From: Octopus sinensis
Taxonomy: Eukaryota
DNA length: 64,000 nt
Assembly (NCBI RefSeq): GCF_006345805.1
Contig: NW_021835992.1
Location: 62,001-126,000 of the forward strand
Reading direction: 5' to 3'
Positions 25,433 to 38,008 of this stretch are shown here, one piece after another. The position numbers and the translations under genes were made by a program. Within the stretch, counting starts at the first letter, position 1. Each line of letters begins with the position of its first letter. The notes beneath the pieces were generated by a model, which did not search any database, was not told the DNA's origin, and saw only the letters and a list, made by a program, of their open reading frames with translations.

Positions 25433-27534
25433 TAATTATTCTCAATCTATCTAGTGAAACCTATATAGCAGAGCTTCCGGATTTGTTTTGAATTTGCACC
25501 CCAAAAATTTTAAATTAAACATTCAAGATGATTGTTGATTTTTTAAATATTTTTATCAAAAAACAAGTCGGAATCAATAGCAATTTGATTCAGTGTTAGA
25601 AAATTGGCAAAATTATAGTCTTGAATACGGCGAGTCCACAAAAAAAGTTTATTCCTAAAAACACTTAGATTGTCAGAAGCATTAATAATGCTTAACTGGT
25701 TCAATAATTACCTTCGTAAAACCATAATTTATTCAAATTGCAACATTTCAGAAGAAATCAAATAATTTTTGATTTCTAAAAGTAAAAAGATAGCTAAGCT
25801 AATTAAAGGCCTTACGAGACACCCGGCCAGCCTCGCGAATGGCGAAGCCGTTCTCTCGGATCACAGCAATAAACCATAATTAACATAACTTCTTTCCAAA
25901 TACCGCGAGTTTTTTAATAATATATTTTGAGAAATATATTAAATTTTTAAAATCAATCTTGAACCTCCTAAAAATTTCCTCCACTTCCAATCGGAAAACA
26001 CTTATCTATAGAGAGAAGCAACAGCAGGTCAAAAAAACGACTCAAAATGAGAAGCAAAAAAATGTAGGACTGAAACTCTAAATGGCTATGAGCTAGTGTT
26101 ATTAGCAAAAATTAGATCTCAATCTTGTGAATCCTTATAATGCTTTTGGTGTTGGACTGTGAAAGTTCTTTCTGCTGTAATTATTTATGACCTCATTTCT
26201 AGAGAATTTACCTTTCTGTCGTTTGGGACAAACGATTTAATTCAATATATTTTTGCAACTAATCGAAATCATTAAGACATTTATTCCTTTTATAATTCAT
26301 CTCACTCAAATATTATTCGAATGATCCGCCATATTGGTGAAGAAGGGGTTTAATAAGACATTTCCATTTGCTTATGTGGAGAAATGGCAGCAGGTCTCCT
26401 AATGATTCATATTTTTTTAGGCTTAAAAGTTAGAAGTTTTTTTGTCCTCCACGGTTTCTTTCAACAGTTAAGGAGATGTCAAAACGCCTCACTTTGCAGG
26501 GTGGCAAGATCAAGTAGATCATATCTTGAAACTAGAAAAATGTATCGAAGTTAAGTCATACTTGTTAGAAAGATATGAAAAACTCATTTCTAAAATCTCA
26601 TGATGTCTTCTGCAGTAAAAAAAACAATTTCTATATGGATTGAGCCGCCGCATCCTATTTAGTCGGTTGCGATAAGACTTAATGGTCATCATTCATGGTC
26701 ATTTGCTTTTATTTGAAGTTGAAACTGAAAAGAATTAAAGAAAAGAATCAAATAAACTTCCAATTGTTTCATCTACATTTTCTAATAAAGATCCGGCAAT
26801 TTTAAGTTTCATTTCACACATTTGAATTTCCGTCTCTTAAAACAGATCGTTTTGTCTGAACTTTTCGATCGCTTTGTTTTATCTAAATATTAGTGCGTTG
26901 AGCTTGTGACTAAAGCCTATTCATTTGAAATATCAATTAAAGATGTGCCACGTCTTTATGTTCCTGATTATTTACCACGCTGAGCGAAATGCGATCATTT
27001 AAAAGATTGAAAAAAAACCATGGAAAAGCATTTAAGTGCAACAGTAAAACCACTGCTCCCTTCTTCGGATCTAGATAAATTCATAGCGGTAATTACATCG
27101 CCCGTAAATTCGTGGCGAAATGAATTAATTGCTGTTTCTTTGTATCATTTATTTTGATGGAACAACTGTTTGCTCACCTGACACTTGATAATCTCGATGA
27201 AAATCATGAATTGTTCGCAGCCAGAATCATGACTTGTAGCCAGGTTGACTGTAGACTATTTTTGTATGTTGGAATTCGAATGCCGTGGGTTGTATTCCGA
27301 AAGAAGCAAGTTTCCAGCTGGGGTCAAGTCTTGTCATTGTTCCCAACCGTGAGGCGACGAGTGCATCTGGCACGATACAGATGTAGAAAGGGGACCTCCT
27401 ACCTCCTTTGATCACATTACCAATTAAAAAATCTTTATTATGTAAAACCCTCCCGGAAACAAATGACGTGCGGTGAGCGACGGTAGGAGACTGACAAATG
27501 GGAACTGGGTACACCAGATATTCCCCACCTCTCT

Positions 27535-27730
27535 TTGGATACGAAAGGCTGTATTGGATATTTGGAGGCTAATGCTGATCAGTACGGACAGTTCCTTCTT
27601 TCATCATCAAAGCTGAATGAAAATCAAATTAGAGGATGGGTTGATTGTCACCCTACGATAACATTACGTGATTTACAAAATAAATTTTTTTCAGAACAAA
27701 ATTTAGCCATCAACAAAAGCACTGTTCATC
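27535..27730 (+). mobile_element. Tc1/IS630-like transposase HTH fragment
   Basis: WVDCHPTITLRDLQNKF..INKSTVHRCLK. Confidence 0.5.
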
Positions 27731-27890
27731 GATGTTTAAAACCAGGACCTCCAAGACAGTTAAGACTGCTCCAATTGAACATAAATGGAATCTCTCGAAA
27801 ATCCTTCGAAGTGAACTCATTCCTCTTAACACATAGTATCGACATTGCACTGTTCCAAGAGACGAGGCTCTCTCCATGTAAACCATAATA
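27730..27890 (+). mobile_element. LINE APE endonuclease N-terminal fragment
   Basis: LRLLQLNINGIS..IDIALFQETRL. Confidence 0.7.
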
Positions 27891-27959
27891 TTCAGATCGA
27901 ATATTATCCCCTAAAGTACGGGAGTTCAGCAAGGCGACCCCCTAGGTCCCCTTCTCTTT

Positions 27960-28357
27960 GCCTTGGAATAAATGGGATAGCTCGGTCGGTTTCCTCCGAA
28001 CTGAATAGTTGGTATCTGGACGATGCCACTATTGGCGGCTCAGAGACAATTTTCAAAGACGCTTTATCGTTGGCACTTGCACTTCTGAAGATTGGACTGA
28101 AGATTAACCTCACCAAATCCGAATTAGTCAGCCTCAACCTTCCTTATAAACGCCTTGACGACCTATCATCGTCCCTCCGCACTGGTCTTGGCCAAGTACG
28201 CACGACTGATGTAAATGATCTCCAGATCCTCGGATCCCCCATCCTGCCGACCGCTATTAAGAGTGATCTTCTTACTAAACATTCCACGCAAACTGGTTTG
28301 CTGGACCTCCTCACGATTTTGGACAGGCAGGTCGACTTGCTCCTCGCGAGAAAATAA
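27960..28357 (+). mobile_element. CRE-like RT fragment
   Basis: LNSWYLDDATIGG..IGLKINLTKSE..LQILGSPI, colinear with the 628-aa ORF (LNIWYLDDCTIGG). Confidence 0.8.
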
Positions 28358-28610
28358 GTAAGAAGGATGTGTTTCCGATCGGACCCGCAGTTTCCAAATC
28401 AAAACATACCATAGGAATAGTTTTTTAATTATTAATGCTGGTCTGTATCGAAAAAGAGCTGTGTCTGAAAGGGTCCGTGGAAATTGTTGCATTCCCGACC
28501 TTCTGAACAAGGTTCTTAATTGCTCCTTTAATGCTTTCAGGAATTGACTCGTCTTCGATTGATATCTGTTACTGATAGATTTTATTTAATCCTTTTTTGA
28601 TTCTTCGTTA

Positions 28611-29914
28611 TTTTAAATAGATTTCTTGTTAATAGATGTCAAAGTTGTCATTCAATTATTAAAAAGAATTGTTTACGAATACAATAATTCTAAACATGAC
28701 ACTACGAAGCATATTCCATTTAACATTTTTATCGGAGTGGGATATGAAAAAAAACTAGATGATTACATTATGCAGTCTTTATTAGCTTTTACTGGTAATT
28801 ATAAAATTATTTTACGATAAAGAGAAAATGAATACGGAGAAGTAGATTTTGTGTATCAAGAAAGCGAAGAAGTAAATAAAATGCAAGAAGACGTACTTAA
28901 CAATTTGGAAAGTGCGGGGGAAAAATGAAAAAAAGGAGAAGATGGAGATTTGATGAAGAGGAAATATCAGTTGGAGATTACGCACTTTTACGGATGGATA
29001 AAGATATAAATGAAAACACAAGAAAATATCCTCTGTATGACCAGATAGATACATCTGCATACAGAGTGATAAAACAGGACGGAGGCACATTAGTTTAGAA
29101 AATGAAGAGGGGGAATTATTGAAATTTTAAATAGATTTCTTGTAATAGATGTCAAAGTTGTCATTCAATTATTAAAAGAATGTTTACGAATACAATAATT
29201 CTAAAACAGACACTACGAAGCATATTCCATTTACATTTTTATCGGAGTGGGGATATGAAAAAAAAACTAGATGATTGCATTATGCAGTCTTGGGGATTAG
29301 CTTTTACTGGTAATTATAAAAATTATTTTCGATAAAGAGAAAATGAATACGAAGAAGTAGATTTTGTGTATCAAGAAAGCGAAGAAGTAAATAAAATGCA
29401 AGAAGACGTACTTAACAATTTGGAAAGTGCGGGGGAAAAATGAAAAAAAGGAGAAGATGGAGATTTGATGAAGAGGAAATATCAGTTGGAGATTACGCAC
29501 TTTTACGGATGGATAAAGATATAAATGAAAACACAAGAAAATATCCTCTGTATGACCAGATAGATACATCTGCATACAGAGTGATAAAACAGGACGGAGG
29601 CACATTAGATTTAGAAAATGAAGAGGGGGAAATTATTGAAAAAGTACATTTTAGTTGGCTAAGAAAATTAAAAAAATAATTATTAATATTTTGAAATTGT
29701 TTCTAAATAAAAAAAATCAAGTTAATCGATAAAACGCTATGTCGGGTCAAAAATGCGTTATGTTTGTTTTTTGTGGGGGAATAATATGAACTTTTATCCA
29801 AAAAAGACATAAAAAACACAAATATGGTATAATTGGAGTAAGGTATATCTATTTAGTTATTTTTTATTTATTTTTATAAATTTTTAAAAAGTGACTCACG
29901 TCTGGACTGTGACA
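28611..29914 (+). mobile_element. Ginger-like integrase 3' region with a 514-bp internal tandem duplication
   Basis: IVYEYNNSKHDTTKHIPF (end of the rve core) and ISVGDYALL. The block at 28611 repeats at 29125. Terminus ggactgtgaca at 29914. Confidence 0.6.
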
Positions 29915-30442
29915 ATAGATAAACAAAGATGGAGTAAAAAAATTCAAAAAGGTATAAAAACAATATAAAAATGTCAAAATAATAAAAGAGATTGACTTTG
30001 AAGGAATAAAATCAGAATAAATGATACAAAAAATAAAATTTCAAATTCTGAAATCAGGAAATGAAAGTTCATAATGATTCATTCCTTAAAAATCAAATTA
30101 AATAAGAATGTAAAAAAGTACAAATAAAATACTAACAAAGTATGACAACCACGTGTATCAACGTGTTATAATTTATTAGGATTACCTTGAAAAATAGGTT
30201 AACCATAGTGTAATAATTTTAATAAATATGAATTTTATTTATATTTTCGAGAAACTCTACCAATTCACTAATCTAACATTCTATTATATCGAGTCGCAAG
30301 ATGGACCACCGATTGAGTCACAAACTCTTCATATCTAATCGTTGCATTAAAAAACTAACCATAGTTTTAGTCAAAGATTTATATTGTGGATAATTTAAAA
30401 AATAATAACAAAATTGTATTTAAATAATAATATAATAGAAAA

Positions 30443-31941
30443 ATGCGTTCTCGTCGTAGTGGGGCAAAAGCAGTAAATGGAAGGCCAGTAAAGTCTGTCT
30501 CTCCTGGCCGAGAAATGAGATTAGAAGAACGTAAAGAACTGAGTGATCTGAACAGTCGACTGGCTACATTAATAGAACACAACCGTGGACTGGATGTATG
30601 ACTGAGTATGTGAGTTGTAGAGAGAAGGAGGCCGTAAAATGTACGAAGAGGAGTTGAAGGATGTCCGCAGTCTATTGGACAAAATATCCAACGAGAAAGC
30701 GGAGGTGGAAATAGAGAGGGGCCGACTAATGTCCGAGGCAGAAGACCTACGAGAAAAGTAAGAATAAAATGACATTCCAGACTGGAGGCGAGTGAGTGTG
30801 ATGTGTCCAGACTAAGGAAGCTAAATGGAAGTCTGAGTACTCAATTAGGCCACAAGACTGCCCAAATAGAGACCCTCTCATTAGCCCTGGAAGAGGCATG
30901 TGAAGATATGAACAAATTAAAACGTGACTTGGAGAATGGAGAGAAGCAATTGAATGTAGCACGTAGTCAGTTGGAGAGGGAGACATTGGGGAGAATAGAG
31001 GCAGAGAACTCTCTCCAAACAATGAGAGAGACAGCCGTGTTTGACAGATCAGTGAGGAGTGGGGAAGGAATATACGAGGATATGCGAGATCAGTTGGATG
31101 ATGATATGTGTCTTGTTATGAGTAGAATGGAAGGAATACACCAAACTAAGGCATATTTGTACACTCATGGGTTAGATTGATGCACTCAGAAAGGAATTGG
31201 ATGTTCGGAAACAACAAGTGAGTTCATTGACTGACCAAATGACCACTCTCACTGCACGTTTAAAGGAAAGGAATCAAGAAATTGAGAAATATATTCGACA
31301 GATTAGTCAATTAGAGAAAACATTGCTCGACAAGCAGGTGGAGATGGATGAGGCCAGTCTTGCACATACCACACATATTGGGAGGACTGAACAACTCCTT
31401 TCTCACCTTACTGCCACTCTGGATAATACTCTCGATGAACATCACGACTTGTTTGCAGCCAAAGTCCGGCTGGATACGGAAATCGGGGCTTACCGTACTC
31501 TCATGGAGAAGGAGGAGACGAGACTTGAGTTGGATGGGCCACGGAAGAGGAGACGAGATTCCCTCTGCTCTCTTTCTACGGGGGATGTCCGTATTGTACA
31601 TCAGTCTGATGATACTGTCAAACTCCACAACACTGCCGACACTGTAATCACATTTCTCATTCTAGACTGTCGATGTGTCAGCCTGGCTGCTTACTCAGAC
31701 TGTACTCTCACAACAAGTGTCCTTTCTCTTTCCCCCTCAGACTACACTCCCTCCCCAAGGATATTGTAATATATATAGTCCTGACTCCACTCATGATTCA
31801 CAACATCTCTCCTTTGCACTACAATATCCCTGGTTGGCTGGACATCCTTCTATTATTCGATTGTTTGATGCCAATAACGTGCAAGTCGCCAAACGTTACT
31901 TCACTACTCCAGTCAAGCAATCAGCGTGTCTTTTAATGTAG
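30443..31941 (+). CDS. LMN: Nuclear lamin (B-type; about 467 aa spliced)
   Basis: SP head site, ELSDLNSRL, LDTEIGAYRTLMEKEETRL, NLS PRKRRR, Ig-like tail domain and C-terminal CaaX CLLM. Introns 30596-30620, 30758-30780, 31151-31175 (GC-AG) and 31644-31665. Confidence 0.93.
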
Positions 31942-32038
31942 TAGTCTTACTTGATTCTTTTCTTTTTCCATTATTTGTTTTGTATTTTCTTGTTATTAAA
32001 TATTTGTAATAAATATTGTCACGTTAAGTATTGTTGTG

Positions 32039-32259
32039 ATGGATGCCCCTGCTGCATTAGGACAGGTGATGAGTAAGTAATATAGAAGGTGACCAAAGTA
32101 CTGGGAAGAGTAGGCTCGCAGGGTCAGTGCACTCAAGTGCGAGTCACTCTTATGAACACGGCCCATCGGAGTATAATCAGGAATGTCAAGGGCCCTGTGC
32201 GTGTGGGAGACGTGATTGCTCTCATGGAGTGTGAGAGAGAAACCAAGAGGCTCTATTAA
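32039..32259 (+). CDS. RPS28: 40S ribosomal protein S28
   Basis: [44 protein letters not shown]. Intron 32066-32088 (23 nt). One extra base in gggccc (~32160), probably a sequencing error. Confidence 0.93.
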
Positions 32260-33162
32260 CTGTTCCTTTTCTGTGTTTGTGAATAATTAGTCCTTGTTTG
32301 TGTATCCACTATAATATGACTTAGACCAAAATATTATAAATTCGAATAGGTAGTATTTATCCACCTGTTTACTTTATACGTCCAACACGGTAGAGGAGTA
32401 CCCCACTAAGTAGGCATAATGAGGACTCATTTTTCATATAATGTAAAAGGCATTTGATTTTGAAATGGGGAGGCATTGATGAATCAATTTAAGTCTTGAG
32501 AGTCTAGTTTGGTGTACATCTCCTGTGTCTTCATCACATATTGGCCTACCAAGACTGACGGATTAGACTAGCAAAAGAATCTGTTATTCCATTTCTACCA
32601 ATTCCCATTCGACGTTGCGATCATTGAGAAATTGGTTTAGAGTTTATTGAAATAGACTCCTTTATTACCACGCCTTTGCTAGTCATTGAAGAATTTTAGC
32701 GGGGTGTAATTGAAGTGAAATGTTTGTGGAATGAATAAAGAACGGTTAGTACTCCAGGAAACCTGCCATTTCTATAAGACAGTCTTCCGACTTTCCAAAG
32801 AGGTTTGAAATGAGCGTGCTGAACATACGGAAATGATTGACGGAATTAATGAGGAAATATGTCCAAACTTATTAATTATTCCATTACACAACATTTCCCT
32901 ATCCTAACCCTAAAAGAATTATCACCAACTCTGTCTATAAGTGACTCCCACTTCAAATCTCTAATATGCCTGAAATAGTTCTAGGAGACATATGACTTTC
33001 GTGGACAGAATGTGGCAAGAATAGACGTCGGGGGGTCCAGTCTGGTATGACATGTGTCACTGGGGGATGACAGGTCTGGAAGGGGGAGAAATACACCTGT
33101 TTGTCAATAATGAGATGCACAGCCTGTCACTAAAGATCAATAGTAAATGAAATATTAAAAAA

Positions 33163-33879
33163 TCATTGTTTAGTACTAAAATAATTTGGTGGATCCCCCA
33201 GAAAGAACATATCCCCTTCGTTGGTGTTGAAAAAAAGATTGTGATTAGTGGGTATCTCCTCTAAGTGGTCAAGTTTGTCCCTTTTTGCTTTTTGTCGTCG
33301 ATTACAAAACCACACACGGACAACATCCTTGTCGAGATTGAGACTGCTGGCAATTCTACGGAGAGTGTTGGACACAGGTTTAGGATTTTGGAAGAAATAC
33401 TTTTCGAGGGCATATTTGAGAGAATTGTCAATGGGTGTTCTCTTTTTGCGTTTCTGTGAATGTGTGTGTTTTTCAGGAATGCAGTTGTCCATTGTGTCTC
33501 TGGTTATTTCATCCACCCATTTCTCCAAGAGGGGCTTCAACTTGCACATGTTCTTGGTGGACAGTTGGAGTGACTCAAAACGACACACAGTCGTCTGAGA
33601 CAAATAACTCCCATAAAGATTCCCCAATGCGTTCCCCACGTCTGCTTGTGTGTGTCCATTCCGCATTCGAATTTGCTTAAACTTTTTGGCAAATTCGACC
33701 AGTTCTTCCGAACTGACAGCCTCCTTGGGTTGTTCTTCCTTGTCTTTGACGAAATACGACCTGAACAGATCCTCGTCTGAATAGACGTAGGAACCCCACA
33801 TTTCGTTATAGGGTTCCCACATGTAGTAGTCTGGCTGATACATCACCAAGTTGTTATTCGGATAGTCGTTAAAGTCCAT
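33163..33879 (-). CDS. POU3F: POU-domain transcription factor, class III-like, intronless
   Basis: POU-specific TQADVGNALG..SQTTVCRFESLQLS.KNMCKLKPLL and homeodomain KRKKRT..VVRVWFCNRRQK. Confidence 0.9.
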   Translation of the reverse strand: MDFNDYPNNNLVMYQPDYYMWEPYNEMWGSYVYSDEDLFRSYFVKDKEEQPKEAVSSEELVEFAKKFKQIRMRNGHTQADVGNALGNLYGSYLSQTTVCRFESLQLSTKNMCKLKPLLEKWVDEITRDTMDNCIPEKHTHSQKRKKRTPIDNSLKYALEKYFFQNPKPVSNTLRRIASSLNLDKDVVRVWFCNRRQKAKRDKLDHLEEIPTNHNLFFNTNEGDMFFLGDPPNYFSTKQ

Positions 33880-33972
33880 TTAAAAACTGAATGATCGGCC
33901 ATATATATACCATCGATATTGCCGGCCAATACATCCGGACATGAAACACTTCCGTCATTTATTTTAATATCC

Positions 33973-35294
33973 ATGGACACGCAATGTCATACTTGTACTG
34001 ATGCCACTAATCTTTTTAGAGAAAACATTCGAAGGCAGCCATTCCACTACCCAGTTCACCAGACAGTTCACCAGTCACTCCAACAAAGAGTCCAATTTGA
34101 GACAAGGCGGAGACAGAGGTTGTCTTATCATCTGACAAAAGACACTACCAAGAGAAAATCCGCCAGCAACAGGCTGACGAAGAAGAATACAGAAGAAAAG
34201 TCTTGGCAGAGAGACACCAACGCTTCCAAGAAATCACAGAAAAGTACCAAAGGGGAACATATGTGAAAAGGAGACCACAAACGTATTCCCCCAAACTGAG
34301 TAGCCCCATGTTGATGTTTTTTAGTGACGTACTGCCGACCAAGTTCTCAGCGACCAGCCATCAAAGAAAGCAGTCGCCAATAAATGTTAATTGTAGACAA
34401 ATCCTCGAAATACCACGTACAGCGAGTACATTCCGCCCCTTCCTTGAATCAACAGCAACAAATACAGGACGAAGTGACAAATAAAAACACTCTAAACGAA
34501 GAGGATATGCCTCGACTAACCACGTTTTCTCGGAGTCCATTGAGCAAAATTATTTACTCCCAGCAACTACTGCCGATTGCCTATCAACCCTCCCTCAATA
34601 AACCACCAGAACACAACACATCTGACAAAACAGTCAAAGGAGGTCACAACATTTCCGACAATTCGTTTCTGAGTGGATGCATTGAAAAGAAATGTCAAAA
34701 AGCGAAGGAATGTTTAAAAGACACGAAAGGAATACTAAAAACGTGTCCTCCCATGTCTTGCCAACAAAGACAGTGAGATTCGCTGATCAAATCGAATCAA
34801 ATAATTCGGAACGTCCTGAGACGACAGACACAAGTTGTACTTGCAGTAATCAGCAGCCTCAGGTAACAAATGGAGAGTCCCCATCCAAATCAACGGTAAT
34901 ATTCACACTGAATTGCCGTCGCGGAATATTTACCTCTCCAATAGACCAAGTTCCACATACTCAGGGACCCCCAGATCCCACCAAATTTCAAAAACGGCGC
35001 AGATTCCCGTCCCAGCCAAATCTGGTAGTATTCCAAAGCATGCCCGGATGCGTGTGAATTTACTGCCTAGTATGATTGGGGTATGATTTGGTAGCACTCG
35101 ACAGCATTGCTCTGTTCAATGCAGCCGAGAGATACGTCACCTACGACAACCTGTCACTTAGTCTGGTCAATAAACTTGTCAACGACGCAGTGTGCACTCG
35201 CCGACGTCCCCCTTCAGTGCTGTCGATAGAAGAAAACCGTCTGCTGAACTCTTTAGAGAGACTTGACAAAAAATTGTCTCGACTGATAACATAA
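33973..35294 (+). CDS. CEP126 (KIAA1377)-like centrosomal coiled-coil protein, several mini-introns
   Basis: Spliced ETRRRQRHYQEKIRQQQADEEEYRRKVLAERHQRFQEITEKYQR and C-terminal SVLSIEENRLLNSLERLDKKL resemble the two conserved CEP126 blocks (recalled, not searched). Confidence 0.55.
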
Positions 35295-35342
35295 CCAAAT
35301 TTTGTATATTAAACAAAACCATAAAGAAACCAAGAGAGAGTG

Positions 35343-36957
35343 TTACTTAAGTAGTTTGTATTCGAGATGCATATGGTTGATGGGCGAAAGTCCATGACAA
35401 GCGCGGAATAGGTTGAGAAGGCAGGCCCTTTGAGGGAAAAGTGCGTTGACAAGTGGACTGTTTTGTGGGACGAGAGGAGCCTTGAAGAAGAAACTGAGTG
35501 CGGAGGCAATGGAGTTGAAGGGACGTTGACCGATGTGAATGCGTGAAAGAAGTTCAGCACAGAGAACAATGTCGAGCATGATTGGTGCGGCCAAGAGTGA
35601 GTCCTCACACGTGTTGTACACGGCGATGGTGTTGAGGCCTCCCAACATGAGACGACTGATGTACTCGTCCATGGCCCGTTTAGAGTCGCCGACAAAAGGA
35701 GCGTATTTGATGACAACCTAAGAATATGAAGAGGACATTACTAGATGGTCAGGTTTGTCGGCTGGAGTGGAGTAGAGAATGTCATTGGAGTGAACCATGT
35801 CGTCGATCACGTTACTTTTGGATATCTCCTTGGAACGGAATTGCTGAGGGGCGTTCAAGTTATATCCGTCGTTGTTGCCCAAATGGTTGTAGCTTACGAC
35901 TGATTTGAGATGAAGTCCACAGGACACGAGAAAGTCTGCGAGGACTGATTTTAGTCGAGTCTGTCCGGTCTTAAGATCATCTCCGGCAATGGACACTCCA
36001 CGACTCTCAGCCAACTGAATGAGGCCGGGAACGAACGTGTTTTGTGGAGAACAGTTGACAAATGTGCACTAAAGTAAAAGTGAGGGACAACCCCCTCGAG
36101 CACACTGGCCACTCCGTACAATGTGGAGGACGAGATTTCGGTTTCATTGGCTCGGATGGAGGCCTCCAACTCTTCCCATGTCGCGTTGAGTCCTTCTTTC
36201 ACCTCACAGAATCGTTCCGTGTTTGCTGTCCACATAACCACAACCTTCTCCAGTTGATTCATACGCTTGAAATCGCGAATGTCCTGTCTTAGTTGTTCCA
36301 CCAATTGCTCTTTCTTTCCCTCAAGCACATTGTCTGCCCTCGATGATTGATTCCCCGCCACAAAGTCAGGCACAAATGCTGCCTTCAGGGGTTCCATTTT
36401 ACTCATCATCGGTCTTAGCTGTTCCTGCAGATCCCAGTCCAACACTTTTGCTCTCTCCGCCGCCTCTCCCAGGTTTGCCTTCGAAATATCCCATCCTACA
36501 CTCCCCCACTCTCAATACCTCCCAACACCAAGTCTCCCGGCTCCACCATCGGCAACATGTTTTTTACCCCCACATACCATTCCTCGTTCTCCAGTTGGCC
36601 CACGTAGCATGTCCCCGACTGAGTGAACGACCCCCTCAACTCCGCATCCACTTGTCCATCCTTCGTCCGGAAACTCAGTTTGTGTTTGTTCGCCAGGATT
36701 GCCGCTGTCAGGGTTGACCCATTGTTGCCTCCCCATCCTGCCATCATCAGTCCCAGACGGGGAACTCTGGTGTCTGTCACGAACACATATTCCTCCTCTT
36801 CTCGCTTCACCACGAACGAGTCTTGTTCTGCCCTCACTACTGACCGGTCGTATGCATATCTACGCCTTCACTCATTCACACTCACCTTGCCTCTATCCGG
36901 TCTCCAAAATACTTTACTCTTGGATCATTCACTCGGAAACCGCACTCTCTCTATCAT
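35343..36957 (-). CDS. ISYNA1: Inositol-3-phosphate synthase
   Basis: [68 protein letters not shown]. Multiple ~20-26 nt introns and one apparent extra base near the start. Confidence 0.95.
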
Positions 36958-37293
36958 ATATTAACACCACATTTACGTTTCGTCCGTTCATTTTACGATA
37001 AAGCTCGCTTCATCGCATTATATGCTAATTTTTTTCTAGAATTTTCCCGTCATTCCAACACATTCTATTGCCCCCTTAATCCCCCCCCCACTAATCCCCC
37101 TTAGGAAACGAGTAGGAATGCTATTCCCATTAGAAACAACTCTCACGTAGACCACAAGTATTTTAATCAGATACTCAGACTACAATCAATGTGGGCTGGT
37201 CGACACACCTTCTTATCTGCCTACTTAAATGACTATATAAATGGTTTTCCTATGTGAATGGAGTGTTATGTTATGTGTTATATTAGTACTGGA

Positions 37294-38008
37294 TTAGGAT
37301 GCGTTAGTGGGAGAGGCAGGAGGAGAAATTATGTCTCTGTTCTCGGCGATAAAAACACAACCAGAAGTGCAGCTTTGCCTCATTTCCACATATTTCTTTC
37401 CGCACTCTGTCATCATAAGAAATGTCTCCCCACCCGAATTGTACCACTCATTGCACATTTCCACAGACGTCCACTGGTTTATTACCACGAACGACGGACT
37501 CCATAGCCCACGCAGTACCTCGATCTGTTCACTCGCCACGAGATTGTCCCCAGAGTTCTCCCTTATGTTGGTAACGTAGTCCCCCGATAGACTTTCCAAG
37601 TACCGTGTGTCCTCACCCAATAATAAATCCTGCACTTCAAAGGCTGGTTTGTCTAGGAATGGATAAGTGGAGAAGTGACCTCTCTTCGGTGTGCAGAGAG
37701 TGGGAACGAGAATTATGTCCACGCCAGACAGCCAGTCTTGCTGTCGGACGTTAGGCTCACTCTGATACCAAAAAACAGCATCTCGGGAAGAGCGGAAGTA
37801 AAGCATTCCTAAAGAATATGTCTGACTGTAGTTCTCCACTCCGATGATCTACATTCTACATAACATCTACCTCTGGACACAGCGCAGTCTCTGATCCATT
37901 GTAGTTTTTCAATATGCTCTTTCCTCGCTTAATCGTGTTCCGGTATGAACGAAAGTCGTTTACATTGTATCTTATTATTATCAAAGCTCCAGTCGTGTTG
38001 TCACTCAT
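37294..38008 (-). CDS. Tandem DUF1330-like (dimeric alpha/beta barrel) protein
   Basis: Second half NSGDNLVASEQIEVLRGLWSPSFVVINQWTSVEMCNEWYNS matches the DUF1330 pattern (GG.FL....EVLEG.W.P..VV..F.S...A..WYNS). The first half is a weaker repeat ending FRSSRDAVFWYQS. Introns 37849-37870 and 37407-37433. Confidence 0.65.

Noticed and set aside
26100-26700. Possible Mutator-like transposase remnant on the minus strand
   Set aside because: Only faint, frameshifted motif hints; not supportable without a profile search.
37294-37839. TIP41, Mab-21 or nitrilase assignment for the 181-aa ORF
   Set aside because: Only short motif coincidences. The DUF1330-like pattern explains both halves and the intron position better.
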